Part shown: positions 49,961-62,889 of the stretch, in pieces | How the letters are laid out: the number at the start of each line of letters is the position of its first letter | Numbering within the stretch: the first letter of the stretch is position 1 | NCBI GenBank assembly: GCA_034780895.1 | Contig: JAUZTB010000098.1 | Location: 74,056,990-74,120,989 of the forward strand | Length of the DNA: 64,000 nt | Direction of reading: 5' to 3' | From: Rhynchobatus australiae | Taxonomy: Eukaryota | Notes under the pieces: generated by a model | Told to the model about the DNA's origin: nothing | Seen by the model: only the letters and a program-made list of their open reading frames with translations | Databases searched by the model: none | Translations under genes and position numbers: made by a program

Positions 49961-52929
49961 AGGCACACTACTTTTTGCAGCTGACCCTGTAAACCAAACC
50001 AGTCATGTTCATTGATTGGAGCAACACAAGGGTGTATATTGGGGGGGAAGCTGGTTACCCAAATAAATCTCATGATTTAATTGTATGATTTAACATAAGT
50101 TTGAAGAAAAAAAATAAAGTGATTGTGCAGTTTAAATTGTTTTCTCTTCCAGAAGCAAATATGCTACCAATTTTCTTTTGCAGATTGCCATCATTAATAA
50201 AAGTAATTATTACACACAATTGCACCTGTCTTGACTATAACTCAGCCACAATTTTTATGAAATTTGTTTCTCAGTTTAGGTAGAGCCCTTTCTCCAGCTC
50301 TAGTGATGGAACTATTGTTTCTTGAATATCTGAACATATAACCTCTGTGATAATAAGCAAATCTTGTGCCATAGTGCATCACTCTTCATACATTATCAAT
50401 AGAAGCTCATTCACAAACTTGGGGACTGAAGCAGCACTCATAATCCAGGGTTCATGAGCCAGATTTTTTTTACGAAAGGAACTTTCTCAAGCATTTTTAA
50501 ATTAAAGGACTTTTTTGTGTACATTTTAATACTTTTTAAGAATGTCATTTATTACTGATAGTTACAATTTTCTCTTTTGCTGTAAATGCAGCTATAAGTC
50601 CTTTCACCATTTCAGCTGTTGAGTTAAATTTGAGCCATGTTGTATCATTAAGTTATTTAAATAACCAACCTGTTTCTTGGGTACTTACTGGTTAACACCA
50701 GAAGTAGTTAGGCTTGGGTTGGATTTGAGATTTTTAAAATACTTCACTTTGTCTGTTTCAGTTATATTTTGCAACCCTGCAAATCAAACCCCCACCCCCC
50801 CCTCCCTCCCCTGATGATAGTAACTATCTGATAGCGTAATTGAACTTTGATAGACATCTTTATTTGGTTGCAAAGTTGTGAATTTTGAATGCACCACAAT
50901 TAATAGAAAAGGCATTGCTGAATGGGTCTACAATAAGATTATATCATTGGGCAGACATGCAAACTATGTTTCCCTACTGCTTTTATCAAACTTGGATGTA
51001 ATTAAATGCAGTAAATTCTGTAGTCCAAATGCTCAAAGACCAGGTATGTTTTCAGATCACTGATTGAGAAAGATTCGTCTGTGAGACATGAGAAGACACT
51101 GGATAACCTGAGCTTGGACCTATATAGATCTTGTTTTTTTTTAAAAAAGAAAAATATGGTTATTCAATAAAAGACCAGGATGGCTACTTGTTCAGAGAAT
51201 TCAGAATAAATTTTAACACACTGATATTTTCTTTAACCCATTGCTTCAGACTTGTGTATTGCACTGTTTCAAAAATCTTGTTTATGCTGCTAATTGCTCT
51301 ATGTAGGTGGCCTCATGAATAAAACTGCTAATAATTTCAGCCATACAAAATGTCTGTTGTGGCTGATACTATCCATCTATTGAAGAGACCTTTGGTGCGA
51401 TGAAATTATTAGATTTTTCTTGACAAGAAATAAGAAGGTTGTTTGCCTGGACTGTACTTTTATCCTTTACCTTAATGGGTAAAGTTTTGATCGTAGAAAG
51501 TGTGTGCATTTGTTATCCAAGCAAGAGAAAAGTAAAATAAGTAAGCTTGCATCAAAACTTAATACGTTTAATATAATTGTACTTTAGTATGATTTAAGGG
51601 CTAGATATTTACAGTTGAATAAAAATATGAAACAAATATTTGGCATGCTTTAAAAAAGGAAATGATTACCTCTGGACTTCAAGAACTGTGACCTAGTGAT
51701 GGTAGATGGGATTTGGCCTCTTGGCTCTTTCTTGGCCAGCATAGACATGATGGACTGAATGGTGGCCTCCTGTGTCATAGATTTTCTGTGATTCTATAAA
51801 ATGTGGTTCAAGTCTGTGCTGTGTTTCCTGCTGCATTTCTCATGTATCACCTCAAACTACTACTATGCCTTCTGAGTCGGGCTTACCGGCAATACAGAAG
51901 ATTTTCTTCTGAGCCTGCATCTGATCGGTGTACAGCTATTCTTTGATTTACAAAAAACTTCTGTTCTTATAGAAACAATTAAGTGTAGTTTTGTAAATAC
52001 AGAAGGCTGGCGAAATGTATTATGGTGCTTCGTTATAGTGTTCCTATTGGCGGAGAGTGGTTCCCTATTAGTTAAAACGAAAAATAAATTCAGAATTCGA
52101 AGGCACATACCCCAAAGAGTCGGTGGCATTTTAGTGGAAATTTATAACTCGAGGCTTTGTAAATTGAAGAATACCTGTATTTGCATCAGGAGTAGAAATC
52201 CCCTGGGCTGAAATTGCCTAATTTTGATGCTCTGCCTGCAGCTACTCGTGAAACAAGATCGAGACTGCTACTGAGGTGACTTGTTACACAACTGTTGCTA
52301 CCTCCAACCAATCAGGAGTAGGCCTCTGAGGTTTGAATCCCTTGTTGATTTACTTTAGAACTGTTTCATTTTTGGTGCTCTCATCCATTTCATTTCCAAT
52401 GTTGTAAAACAATTGCAAATACATTTAACAATGCCACATTATCTTCCTTTCATTGTGACTAAGTGCACTTTGTTTTAATTATTCTTTTACTTTTATAATA
52501 TCTATTTTTATGTATGCGTTAACCCCTCAATCTCTTTCTAGCTCCCACCATATTTTTTTTATTGCTTGTGATTTAATGTTGTTTGACCTAATTTTATTAG
52601 GTATCTTTGTTTATTTGTTATTTTCTTTGTTATCTACACAACCATTATTCGACGTACTCTTTTTGCCTCATAGGGTTGTATTTATTTGGGCACTTAATAC
52701 ACATTTTGTTTGATTACACTCTTGTGAAATGCCTAGGGACACTTTGACTATGTTAAGGGTGTTAAGGGGATACAGTTTGTTGTTAGTTTAATATGTATTT
52801 AAATCTTTTCTTTTGCTGATCCATTACCTGAAGAATTGCTCTTCCCTATTTTCTGTCCCTTACCCAATTTTGTATCCATGTTCCACTGCCCCTTCAATAA
52901 AATTTAACTTCAAATTCAAGTATCGCTAT

Positions 52930-53420
52930 GATGTAATGCCTTGTCAAAAACCTTTTGAAAGTCCCTAGATGCTACAATCTGATGTTAAACTGTTATTTTC
53001 TTTAATACTTCAGAAACGAAACTAGTCAAGTGAGTAAAACAGAAATTGTCACTAACAAAACCTTGGTGTTTTTTTTTCTGGATTATAGTCTTCAAAAAGT
53101 TTCCCACCAATGATATTACATTGGTTTACTTACAGATAGCAGGTTTACCCTTTATCCCTTATTTTAAAAAAGTTGCAATGTTTGCATTAACCCAGTCCTC
53201 TTGCATCAAGAAACCAGCATGTGAAGCTAAGAATCCTCCCTCCACATGTTTAGTCACTGCTTTTATCAGCACTTTGACACCGTGTGAAAGATTATTGTAA
53301 TCTGAGGATGGGGAGATTGCATCCAGAGCCCCCACCCTTAATTCCCTCAGTATTTTACGATGTATCCCATCTGGTCTGGGTAACTTTTTCTGTTGGCTTG
53401 CCAGGCTTTTAAGTATTCCT
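52930..53420 (-). mobile_element. CR1 LINE RT fragment, decayed
   Basis: GCCTTGTCAAAAACCTTTTGAAAGTCC (- strand DFQKVFDKA) and ATCCCATCTGGTCTGGGTAACTTT (KLPRPDGI). Confidence 0.65.
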
Positions 53421-56400
53421 GCTCATAATCCTCCATATGAAGGATCCCAATTCAAATCCTAGCAATGTCTTTGATTCAGCGATGAACCAAGACTTTCCAT
53501 TGGTCTTAAGTTGTTTGCACTTATTCAATGTTATTATTTTGGGGTCTGGAAGCTAGTACATTATTTGGGACAATTGAAAGTGTAACAAAATTGGTCTAAT
53601 CCCCAGAAAAGCAGTTCCTATTGCATTTATGCACCTTTTTTTCTCCTTGGCAACCACAATCTGTGGTGCTGTAGGTTTGCTAGGGATTACTGTCCTATGA
53701 ATTGTTAGTCATTAGGGACGGAAAGCATTTTGGAAAATCCTTTGGTTAAAGGGCTATATAAATGTAATTTTTTAAAAAGGCTTTTAGTGCATCAAATTTT
53801 TTGAATTGTCATGTAGATGGATCCCAATTTGACCAATCAACGGCCAACTATAGTACCCTTTTGTGTCTGGGATGACTGAACTCCAAAAGTTAGGCACATG
53901 TTTTGGGAATGGTATTCATCAAGACCACCTCCTGTCAATAAAAATATCCATTCCAAACTTATCAAATTACACATTTGAATGTAAGGCACCCACGACAATT
54001 ATACTGTTCATCCCAGCATTTTCCCACTAAACCCACACATTGACACAGAAAACTACTTTTGGCATTATTTTGTTGATTCTAAAAATTTTCTGCGTTGTTG
54101 ATTTGGTTTACTGAGACGCATGTACTGTTTATAGTACTTTGTTATTCAGACATAGCATGTATTTGAACATTTGTAGTTTCTTAGACTGTCTTGCTTAGAA
54201 AATTATCTTTTCATACTACTACTGCTGCATAATTGATGAACAGAATTTTGTACTATTTGGGAAGGAGAAATTCTGTCCTGTACTGTCAAACGTGCATGCA
54301 GAGAATGTGCTATTAGAGTCAGGAAGTAAATGTGGTTGCAGGAAGTCAGGGCTTTACTTAAAACTTTTAATATATTATACATCTTTGCTGGGATTTTTGC
54401 AGTGAAATGTAACCTCTAGTGAACTTTGACTTTTCCATCACCAGTAATTTTTACATAAAGTGTTAATTTTTATCCTTCATCTCTACGTGAGAGACTTTGA
54501 ATATGTGATGAAGGAATGATTCTTGTTGTTTCTGAGACTCCAAACTCAGTCAGTGACTTGGACTGTAAAAGTCACCATGTAAAATCGTATACTGAACAGA
54601 CTAAGTGAATGCTAAATAACTACAAATTTCTGCACAAAACAATCATACCCCACAGTTGAAATATGCAAAAGCATAGGAATTATATTTCAGGTTTCAGTTT
54701 TTACTGCGTAGGTTGCAGTTTATAGTGTCTTGGATTGTAAAGTCAGTTGAAGTTGTAAAGCTTGAATGGAATATGTGCCTGGGCCTTTCATGTCTGCATT
54801 ATAAAAATGGCAGTTGCTTTAACTGCAGTGTCTGAAAACTAAATTTGTTTAACAAAAATAAACTTTTTCTAAAGTACTGATTAGATTGTTTGACTGGGAA
54901 CCTGGAGCCCAAAGAAGTTTGGCATATCTGAATGGCAGCCAAAAAGTTTTATTTGGCATATTTCCAAGCAAGCTTGTATGGTGAAAGAAACTGGGGCTGA
55001 ATGACTTGTTTCAATCCCTTTAAAGTTTAGCTGTTGGCATTTCTAGTTGTGTTTCTGTATGAGAGAAACTGGTTAAACAAATTTTGTGGTGATTTTAGAA
55101 TAGTCAAGAAGAAATTAATGATATACCACAGTCACCTTTATTAATACTGAAGGCTGAACTCTTAGTAAAAAAAATGTATTTAAGTAATTTTGATGCATGC
55201 TCAACCTTCTGTAGGCTATATTGTCATGACCAAGAAACTAATGCTTTGCAGAAAATGTGCATGGGAGAGAGGGTCCAGTTTTCTTTAAAATGTAAATTAC
55301 GTGAAACATGCATTTTAGGGTTTTGTCAAATTTATTTTATGATCGTGATTTCAGATACCATAAAGAGCAATTATATTTCCTCTGGAAAGCTGTAGATCAA
55401 AAAGATAGTGCTTAAAATCCGTACTAATGGAAAGGAGCTCGTATTTACATTTTTCCTATCGCAACCTTGGCACATCTTAAAGCCAATGAAGTAACTTTTG
55501 AAGTATAGACCTTCTTGTGATTTATACAAAAATCTGAAATTGCTGATATGCGATGATCTGTGAAATGGAAAGTTAGGAACCTGAAACATTTGCACTATTT
55601 TAAACATGTTCCTAATCCCGGCAGGAAGAAGGGCTCGATGATCTGAAGAAGAATTATTAACCTGTCACTTATTAATGTTCGCTGATATAGGTTACATAGC
55701 TTTTTTTTCTCAATTGAGATTACACAGTATATGCTTACGCGCCCCCCCCCCCGTGGGNNNNNNNNNNNNNNNNNNNNNNNNNNNNNNNNNNNNNNNNNNN
55801 NNNNACGCGAGGTGAAAATATCAGTGTTGAAGAGTGAAGCTTTCTCTGTGGAGGGGCCTGGGTTAGTTTCAAGCACTCCTTGCCCAGATATAGCACATCA
55901 TATGTGAAGTAAAACTCCCTAATTCTGGTCGACCAAAGTGCCTGAAATGTTGTATATTTTTGTTTCTCACATCACCACTGGGTATTATTATTGCCTTTTA
56001 AGGACTGGTTTTGTGAGCATTCAACCACAATATCAACAGAGCTGAGAATGCCCTCAATGCCAATAATGAGGGTTTAATGGTCCTTTAACCTGGAGTTAAT
56101 GACAAGGGTATTGTACAGCTAACATACCTTAGAGTAATAAGCTTAGACCTTTTACTTTGTTATCTAAATTAGATTTTTAGTCTGTTCATGTTCTCACCAC
56201 TGTGACAGCAAAAGGTTCATTTTTTTCAGAGTAGCACATTTCCAGAAAGTGAAGGTCTGACATTTATTAATCCCTGAACTGGCCCTTCAAAGTATGACCA
56301 CCAATTTCTGGGGTTAGAGAAGATGGGGGAAAGGAAGTGGAATTTTTAGGGAAGATATTGGTGTACCAGGCCTTGGTTTATTTTGGTCCCATTTGAAACT

Positions 56401-58239
56401 CTGGCACTTTTGGAGCAGATACAGTATAATAAATGGAGCAGATGTAATAAATATGCTTGGAAATCAGAGGATGTGTTATATGGCCATGTGTTTTACCTTA
56501 TTTATGCTCCTGGTCTGAAAGGCACCCGTGAAGTCTGTTCCTATCAGGCTGTCAGCATTTCTTGGGTTGTGTTGGACAGGGAGGTGGGGGTAGGTGGAAT
56601 AATTTTTGAAACTTCAAAGTATGATCTTGGCTTGCCAAAGTTAGCAGAGAAGAAAACAAACAGAAAACTTTTTAAAAAAAACATTAGCTATTATAGGAAC
56701 TCTGTGGACTCACTGACATGGCGAAGTGCCATAGCAAAATTTAGCCTTTCCCTCACTGCAAGCAAACGATTAGGCAGTGCTGGAAATGTTGCTAAAATAA
56801 TGAAGTTACTTGGGAGTTTTGGTTAAGTTCAACTAATTCAGCAGTGCTCCACCACTTCATGTATTTTCTTCCTCAAAAGGCCTCCCAAAAAATTCAAATA
56901 TTTGAATCCTTTTGCATCTGGGGATTGCACCATGCTTTTCCAGTGTGCACGCTGAAAATTCCAAGTTTAAAGTAACTTGTGCTCTGGACTATTGTAATGA
57001 TGGTGCTTGTCTGTACGCAGGTGATGCAATGACAACAATGTCAAGAAATTTAAGATTGATGAGCTCAATTATTTCTAGGGGTGTCCTTTTAAATATATAT
57101 TAATTTTCATACATTTTCTAACAATGAATTGTGTATTGAATTTTTAAGCTTGATGTAGTTTCCTTGCATGGCACATGTGACAAGTTAAGGAAATGATATT
57201 TCTAGTTGAGTATAATGATTTGTTTCTCTCTGTAGCTGGCATTTTCTCAGTAAGAGAGGAAAATGAAAGCATTGCTATCATTCCATGGCATTTCAATCCA
57301 GTCCATGCTTGAGGAATTGTGTGAACACTGTATTTTGGTTTTCATTCTATCTAACATGTTTTGTACTGGTGTAAAACGAAAACACTTGCAAGTTTGTGCA
57401 TGTTGCATTACTCATTAGGTACCATTTATCATTTTTGTTCTCCATACACACACAGATCAGACTACTCTGTGTCTAGAACATTGTCTGTGATGTGGTAGAA
57501 TACATCAGTGAATGTTTAATGGATAATCAGTTACTTCAAGCCCTGCAAGTTAAGATTATTGTCAGGCCTAATGGTGATCTACTTACAGTATATTTCCAAA
57601 AGATTAGATGCTTTTATTCCAGAAGAATTGATAAATAATATTTAGAAAAACTTCTAGAATAATTAAATGTTATAAAGCAAAATACTAATAATTCCAATAG
57701 CCCTTCTTCATTTAGTGGGTGTGAGTGAAATAGAGCGGGGCATTTTAAGTTGTGGTTTTTAAAAAAAATTAGTGTTATCTCAATAACCTTAAAATATCTT
57801 GCTAGGGTTAAACCTAACCATGTGTTTTCTCTTATTTCACACCACCTCTCCCCTTCCCCCATTAAATTTGGTTCCAAATTAAATGCTCAGAAGACCCATA
57901 ATTTCTCTTTACATCTGTTAAAATGGCATTTAATTATACAGCAAAAAAAAACAGCCATTTGGCCCACCATGTCTGTATCTCTGCAGTAGCCTGAAAAAGA
58001 TCTTTTAAGCTGCCACTTGTCAACTATTTGTTTCTTTAGATTCTTTCTAAAATAATAGATGAAAGTCAGATTTTAGGATATTACATATCTTGCCCCAAGC
58101 ACTAAGTGCTAAGATTGATCTGGAAATGTTTCATTTGATCTTGCTATTGGGTGAGGTGGAAACAGTGGTCTTGTGTGGTAATGCACATGGAAGTCTGATG
58201 TGGAATTTTATTGAAGTTCAGGCCTCATCTGAAGTGTAG

Positions 58240-58770
58240 CAGAGAACTTGCCTTTCATTACCTTAAGGTGTGCCAAAGCTAATTTACAGCTTATATCCTG
58301 ATGAAGGTCTTGACCTGAAACGTTGTCTGTTTATTTCCCTCCATAGACGCTGCCTGACCTGAGTTCCTCCAGCATTTTGTGTGTGTTGCTGCAGATTCCA
58401 GCATCTGCAGAATCTCTTGCATTTCTGTTACAGCTAATTAATTCCTTCTTGAAGTGAAATCACAGCTATAAGGAACACTGCAGACAATTGGCACACAGCG
58501 TTATCCCATTAACAGCAGTTCAATAATGACTGGATTGTTTTTTTTGTGTGATGTTGATTGAAGGTTAAATACTGGGTCAGAGTACTGAGAATAGTCCATC
58601 TGTTCTTCAAAATACTGCTGTAGCATTCTTTTCATCTAATTGACAGAGCAGACAGACATCTATTTAATGTCCTGTCCATGAAGCAGCTGCGTCTTATTTC
58701 AGAACATCCGAAGTACCTCTGTAGCTGTATTTTTGTGATAAATCCATGAGAATGCTACACGCTAAAAGCC
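58240..58770 (-). mobile_element. Deu-domain SINE, interrupted at 58292-58427
   Basis: TTGAAGTG..ACTGCAGACAATTGGCACACAGC..ATGTTGATTGAAGGTTAAATACTGG..CTGTTCTTCAAAATA. Confidence 0.65.
58292..58427 (+). mobile_element. 136-bp Penelope-end insertion with intact minimal hammerhead core and putative 8-bp TSD
   Basis: CTGATGA (58298-58304), AGGT-CTTG-ACCT, GAAA (58317-58320), CGTT; flanked by TTACAGCT at 58284-58291 and 58428-58435. Confidence 0.8.
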
Positions 58771-60469
58771 AGAGCTAGTGGCAGGGTGCATTTATGTACT
58801 TTGGGGAGAGAGGTGATTATCTTTACTACAGCCAGGCCTACTCATAGGGACAAGAGGAGTTCCAGTGGCTTGTGAAATTCTTATTTGTTTTGAACATGTG
58901 TGCCTAGGAAATTGGTATCAGCAATTGCAGGTGGATCTATCTTTTGCAGCCAATGCTACCTAATAATAAGTACTGCAACTTGCAGAATCCAGCAGCTGGA
59001 AGTACTCTAGTGTTCAGCAGTCTAACTTAGCAATTACAGAAGTTTGCATTAAAACCATCTTTGGTTTGCTGTGCTTTAGTTACATGTCGCACAAAATACA
59101 TTATGATTAATGACTGGAAATTCAGTTCTTTCTCACAGAAAATTTTTTAGATTCTATAAATGGTGGGGCTAATGGTGGGAAAGAGTTGGAAGCCAAGAGG
59201 GAAAAGACATGCACTTTTAATTCCAGAATGTTTTCACATATCATAACAGGTACATTTTGAGATAATAAAACCATATATTTCCTTGGTGCTGTAGTCTAAG
59301 AGACATATCCTTTATTTTTGAAATGAGCCAGTGGCATTGTTATTTGCTTGCTTTGAGAGATGTCAAAATCCTACAGAATCAGAATTTTACAATAAGAGCC
59401 TACAGCTCTCTCGACCAGAGTAGAATAAGTGCTTAATGTCTTAAATTCTGAGGGGGAACCCTATACATTTTTTATTTGGAATTTTATCAAAATTTAACTG
59501 AACAGCAAAAGCTATTTGTAGACTAGCATGTGGGAGAAACAGTGGTTTGGCATTTTCATGGTTACCTGGGTTACAAGTTAGATCACACACTTCCCGTTGA
59601 ATGTGTAGGCTCTGGGCATCATTCAGTGGGTTGGGTGTTACTAGTCTTACTCATTAGTCATGTGATAAAAAATATCTGTCTGAGACAAGTTTTGCTGAGA
59701 ATATTTGTGTTTTCCTTAAAGTTCGTGGCTAATGCAACAGAATTGCTTATTTATTTAGCTCCTTTGCCCAGGCTAACAGTGTGTAATTTATTTCTGTGGA
59801 ATGTATTTACATGAAGATGTGTGTTCTACCACACTGTGGGAGAAAGGATTGGACGTTTACGTCAGTGGAGTGTGGGTGAAATCTTCAATAGAAAAAAACA
59901 ATTAAACAAACATTTATTCTTTGGGGAAAGACTATAGCTTTATATATTTCCTCTGATACCATTCTTGTCTACTAGCTAAGGGGTCTGGGAAGTGATGGGG
60001 TTTTGCCTTGATGAGTCATTAAGCCTACTTTGCAGGTTTGTTACCTCAACTGGAGGAAGATGGTGAAATCATTTGAGACAGCACCACCAGATTCATCATT
60101 GACTGAAGTTTTAGACAACAAATTTCTTTGTGGGCGCTTGTTTGTATCTTGTTATGTTGCCATTTGCATGGTAGAGGTAACGCATCATATTTTCAATTGG
60201 TAAAACAGCTTGATAGAACTTTTTTCTGAACATTATTGGTTAGATTCTATCCTTGGAAGCCAGGTACTATTTGGTCCACTAATCTTCAAAATACCACCCA
60301 AGTCAAATGATTGACTTAAAATTAATCTTGGAAGCATGTGAAGTATAATCAATTAAGGAAGAAAAACTAAAATATTCACCTAATTCCTGCTTTCCAGATT
60401 CTTATTTATGTCTCCCAGCAGTTTTAAAAATTCCAATACTACAAGCTCTGCCATGTTGTGAATTGAAAA

Positions 60470-60690
60470 TCAAAAAAAACTTAAGATGCTGAAAATCTAA
60501 AATCAAAACAGAAAATGCTGGAAATACTCAACAGGCCAGGCCACATCTGACCTGTTAATGTTTCCAGTCAAAGACCCTTTGTCAGAAATGATCTGTTCTA
60601 ACGAAGGGCCTTCGACCTGAAATGTTGACTCTGTTTCTCTTCTCGCAACTGTGGCCTGACCTGCATTTCCAGCTTTTTCTGTTTTCATGT
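60470..60690. mobile_element. Fold-back Penelope-end element with two back-to-back hammerhead-like cores
   Basis: The - strand reads CTGACAAAGGGTCTTTGACTGGAAAC and the + strand reads CTAACGAAGGGCCTTCGACCTGAAAT, inside inverted arms. Confidence 0.75.
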
Positions 60691-61504
60691 TGTAAATTAC
60701 CATAGGGTTTGTGGGTGAATGGGTTGGAAGGACATCAATACAAACAGGTTCCATTTTTACACACTTGCATAAGTGAATTCTGTTTGTAAGTTGTACGTTA
60801 GAAAATACACAGAAATCACTCGATATGGTAACCATTTCTCCACAGTATTGTAATGAATGGCATCGAAAGCACATAAGACTGATAAGGAAGAACAATTACT
60901 GAAAGTGGGGAGAGAGAAAGAGAGAGGAATCTATTTTTGATTTGCATGCTCCATAAAATGTCAGTTTTTCCCCATTTACAATAAAGACTGTTGAAAGCTT
61001 AATTTCTCATTGCACATTCAGGCTCCTAAAAGAAGATACGTCAGTTTATGCATGTGTATGTGTACGAGAGTGGAAAAGTTGTGTACCTTTTTTAAAACTT
61101 TTGTTTAGTGTTCTGTAAATTTCAGCAACTGTATCCATTGCTAGAAGAAGTTGAGGCTGTGACAGAAATAGAGAGTGGTTAAGATGAAGGGAAGAAGAAA
61201 ATGGGAACTCATTGCTCACTTTAGCAATTTCTATTGTTATTGTGGATACAATATACAAGAATAAAACCTTAAGACTGAAATTGTCTGCACCCTTGTCTAG
61301 TCCAGTTCAACTGATAGCCTTGTGGCACAAAAAGTATAGATTGTTTTAAGTGTAGGCAAATGTAGGGGTTGAAGCCTAATGACCAGTAGCATAAAAGCAG
61401 CTTAAAACTTATTTTCTGATCCATGGTTGTCTCTGGAATCACTTGGTGATGTCAAAATTATAAATGCCAGCTGTCTACTGTTGTGAAAATATTTTTGACA
61501 CATT

Positions 61505-61627
61505 TGATTTTCGAACCAAAGCGTCGATAGTTCCTTTCCTCCCTCCGATGCTTCTTGACCAGCTGAGTTCCTCCAGCAGATTGTTTGTTGCTCCAGATTG
61601 CAGCATCTGCATTTCATTGTGTCTCCA
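61505..61627 (+). mobile_element. Penelope-end repeat
   Basis: GATGCTTCTTGACCAGCTGAGTTCCTCCAGCAGATTGTTTGTTGCTCCAGATTGCAGCATCTGCA. Confidence 0.7.
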
Positions 61628-62129
61628 GAATCAAATGTACACTGCATTTAAACTTCAAGTCAGTGGGCACCTATAGCAAGTGGATGACATTTGTTAAAAC
61701 TGCAGTAGGATAGAGATATCAGAATAGTGGCTACAATGTTTTGTTTTTATTCACCAAGCTTAAATGCCAGAATTTTCTGTATATAATGCTCCCTACCTGC
61801 CCCCCCCCCACACACAAACACACACACACTCCCTCAAATATCCCAGCAAGGTATCACCAAGTCATTGTGCTTCTTCAACTCCTCTCCACTGAGAGGTGAA
61901 GAGTAAACTTCCACTGCATCACTAGGTTGGCTATTGACTTCAATTAGCAGAATGTGACAGAGGTAGAGTCCACCTGTCTGTTCCTAATTCTGAAGTTTAA
62001 TAAGAGAAATTATTTTGCAGAAACTTGCCCTAAATCCTCTGTTGAGAGGTCCCTTCTTTCTCATCCAGCAGGGTCTTCTGATTTACAAGCTGCATTTGAG
62101 AGAAACGTGTAGTACTTTTCGTCCCTGAC

Positions 62130-62880
62130 TAGAGCTGAAGTTTTACCTTCCATCTTATTAGTTTGCCAGAAACTGTGGATGGTAGTAGTAGAGTATGGGG
62201 ATGAAGTCATACTTTCACCTGATTTAACACCACTGCTATTAGCTCAGATACTGCTACCAAATGTAATTTAGAGGTCAGGATAAAGGTAAAATCTGCCTGT
62301 GGTGAGGCATGTGTCATGAGAAGCAAGGAGCCAATGTAGAGGATAAGAGTAATGCAAGATCCAGCTTCCCTGAGGATGAGGTGGCATTTGGTTGCTATTG
62401 CTCATGCTCAGCTCACAGAAAATGCTGATGGATCTATACAATTATATGATATTGGAAGGCCTAATAGGAAGTGTGCATACAACATCAAGATGTATTTATG
62501 AACCTTGCATGGAGCTTTGTGCCACCCTTTCCAATATTGAAATGATGGGGAGCTCAATTAGGACATTGGCCATCAGACCCTGCATGATATTTGGGCTGAC
62601 AAATGTATCAGCTTCAAGGCAGCACAAGACTGTTGTAGTAGAACCTAAGACTTCTGCAAGGCATGCTAAGTTTTTTCAGTGCCAACTGGGGATGGTGCCA
62701 TGCAGAATTGGACTACAGCCATTTTGGCTCTTGTTGCCAGTATTTAACAGGGCTTGCAAGATGTCACAGTAGTCCAGCAGTCCTTTATTGCAGAGTGGCT
62801 GTGACTCTGCAGAGTACAAACCTGGTGTTCTTTCTCAGGATGACACTAAATCTTGTGAAGAATACCTCCGAATTTCACAA
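62130..62880 (+). pseudogene. Harbinger-type ORF2 (Myb/SANT protein C-terminal exon) fossil
   Basis: ORF 62392-62772 (QKMLMDLYNYMILEGL..LSNIEMMGSSIRTL) resembles the - strand segment at about 14.0 kb; the family assignment is from memory. Confidence 0.45.
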
Positions 62881-62889
62881 ATAACCTGT

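Noticed and set aside
56383-56826. 147-aa ORF in unique sequence
   Set aside because: Non-ATG start, no recognisable domain and no flanking splice signals; consistent with chance.
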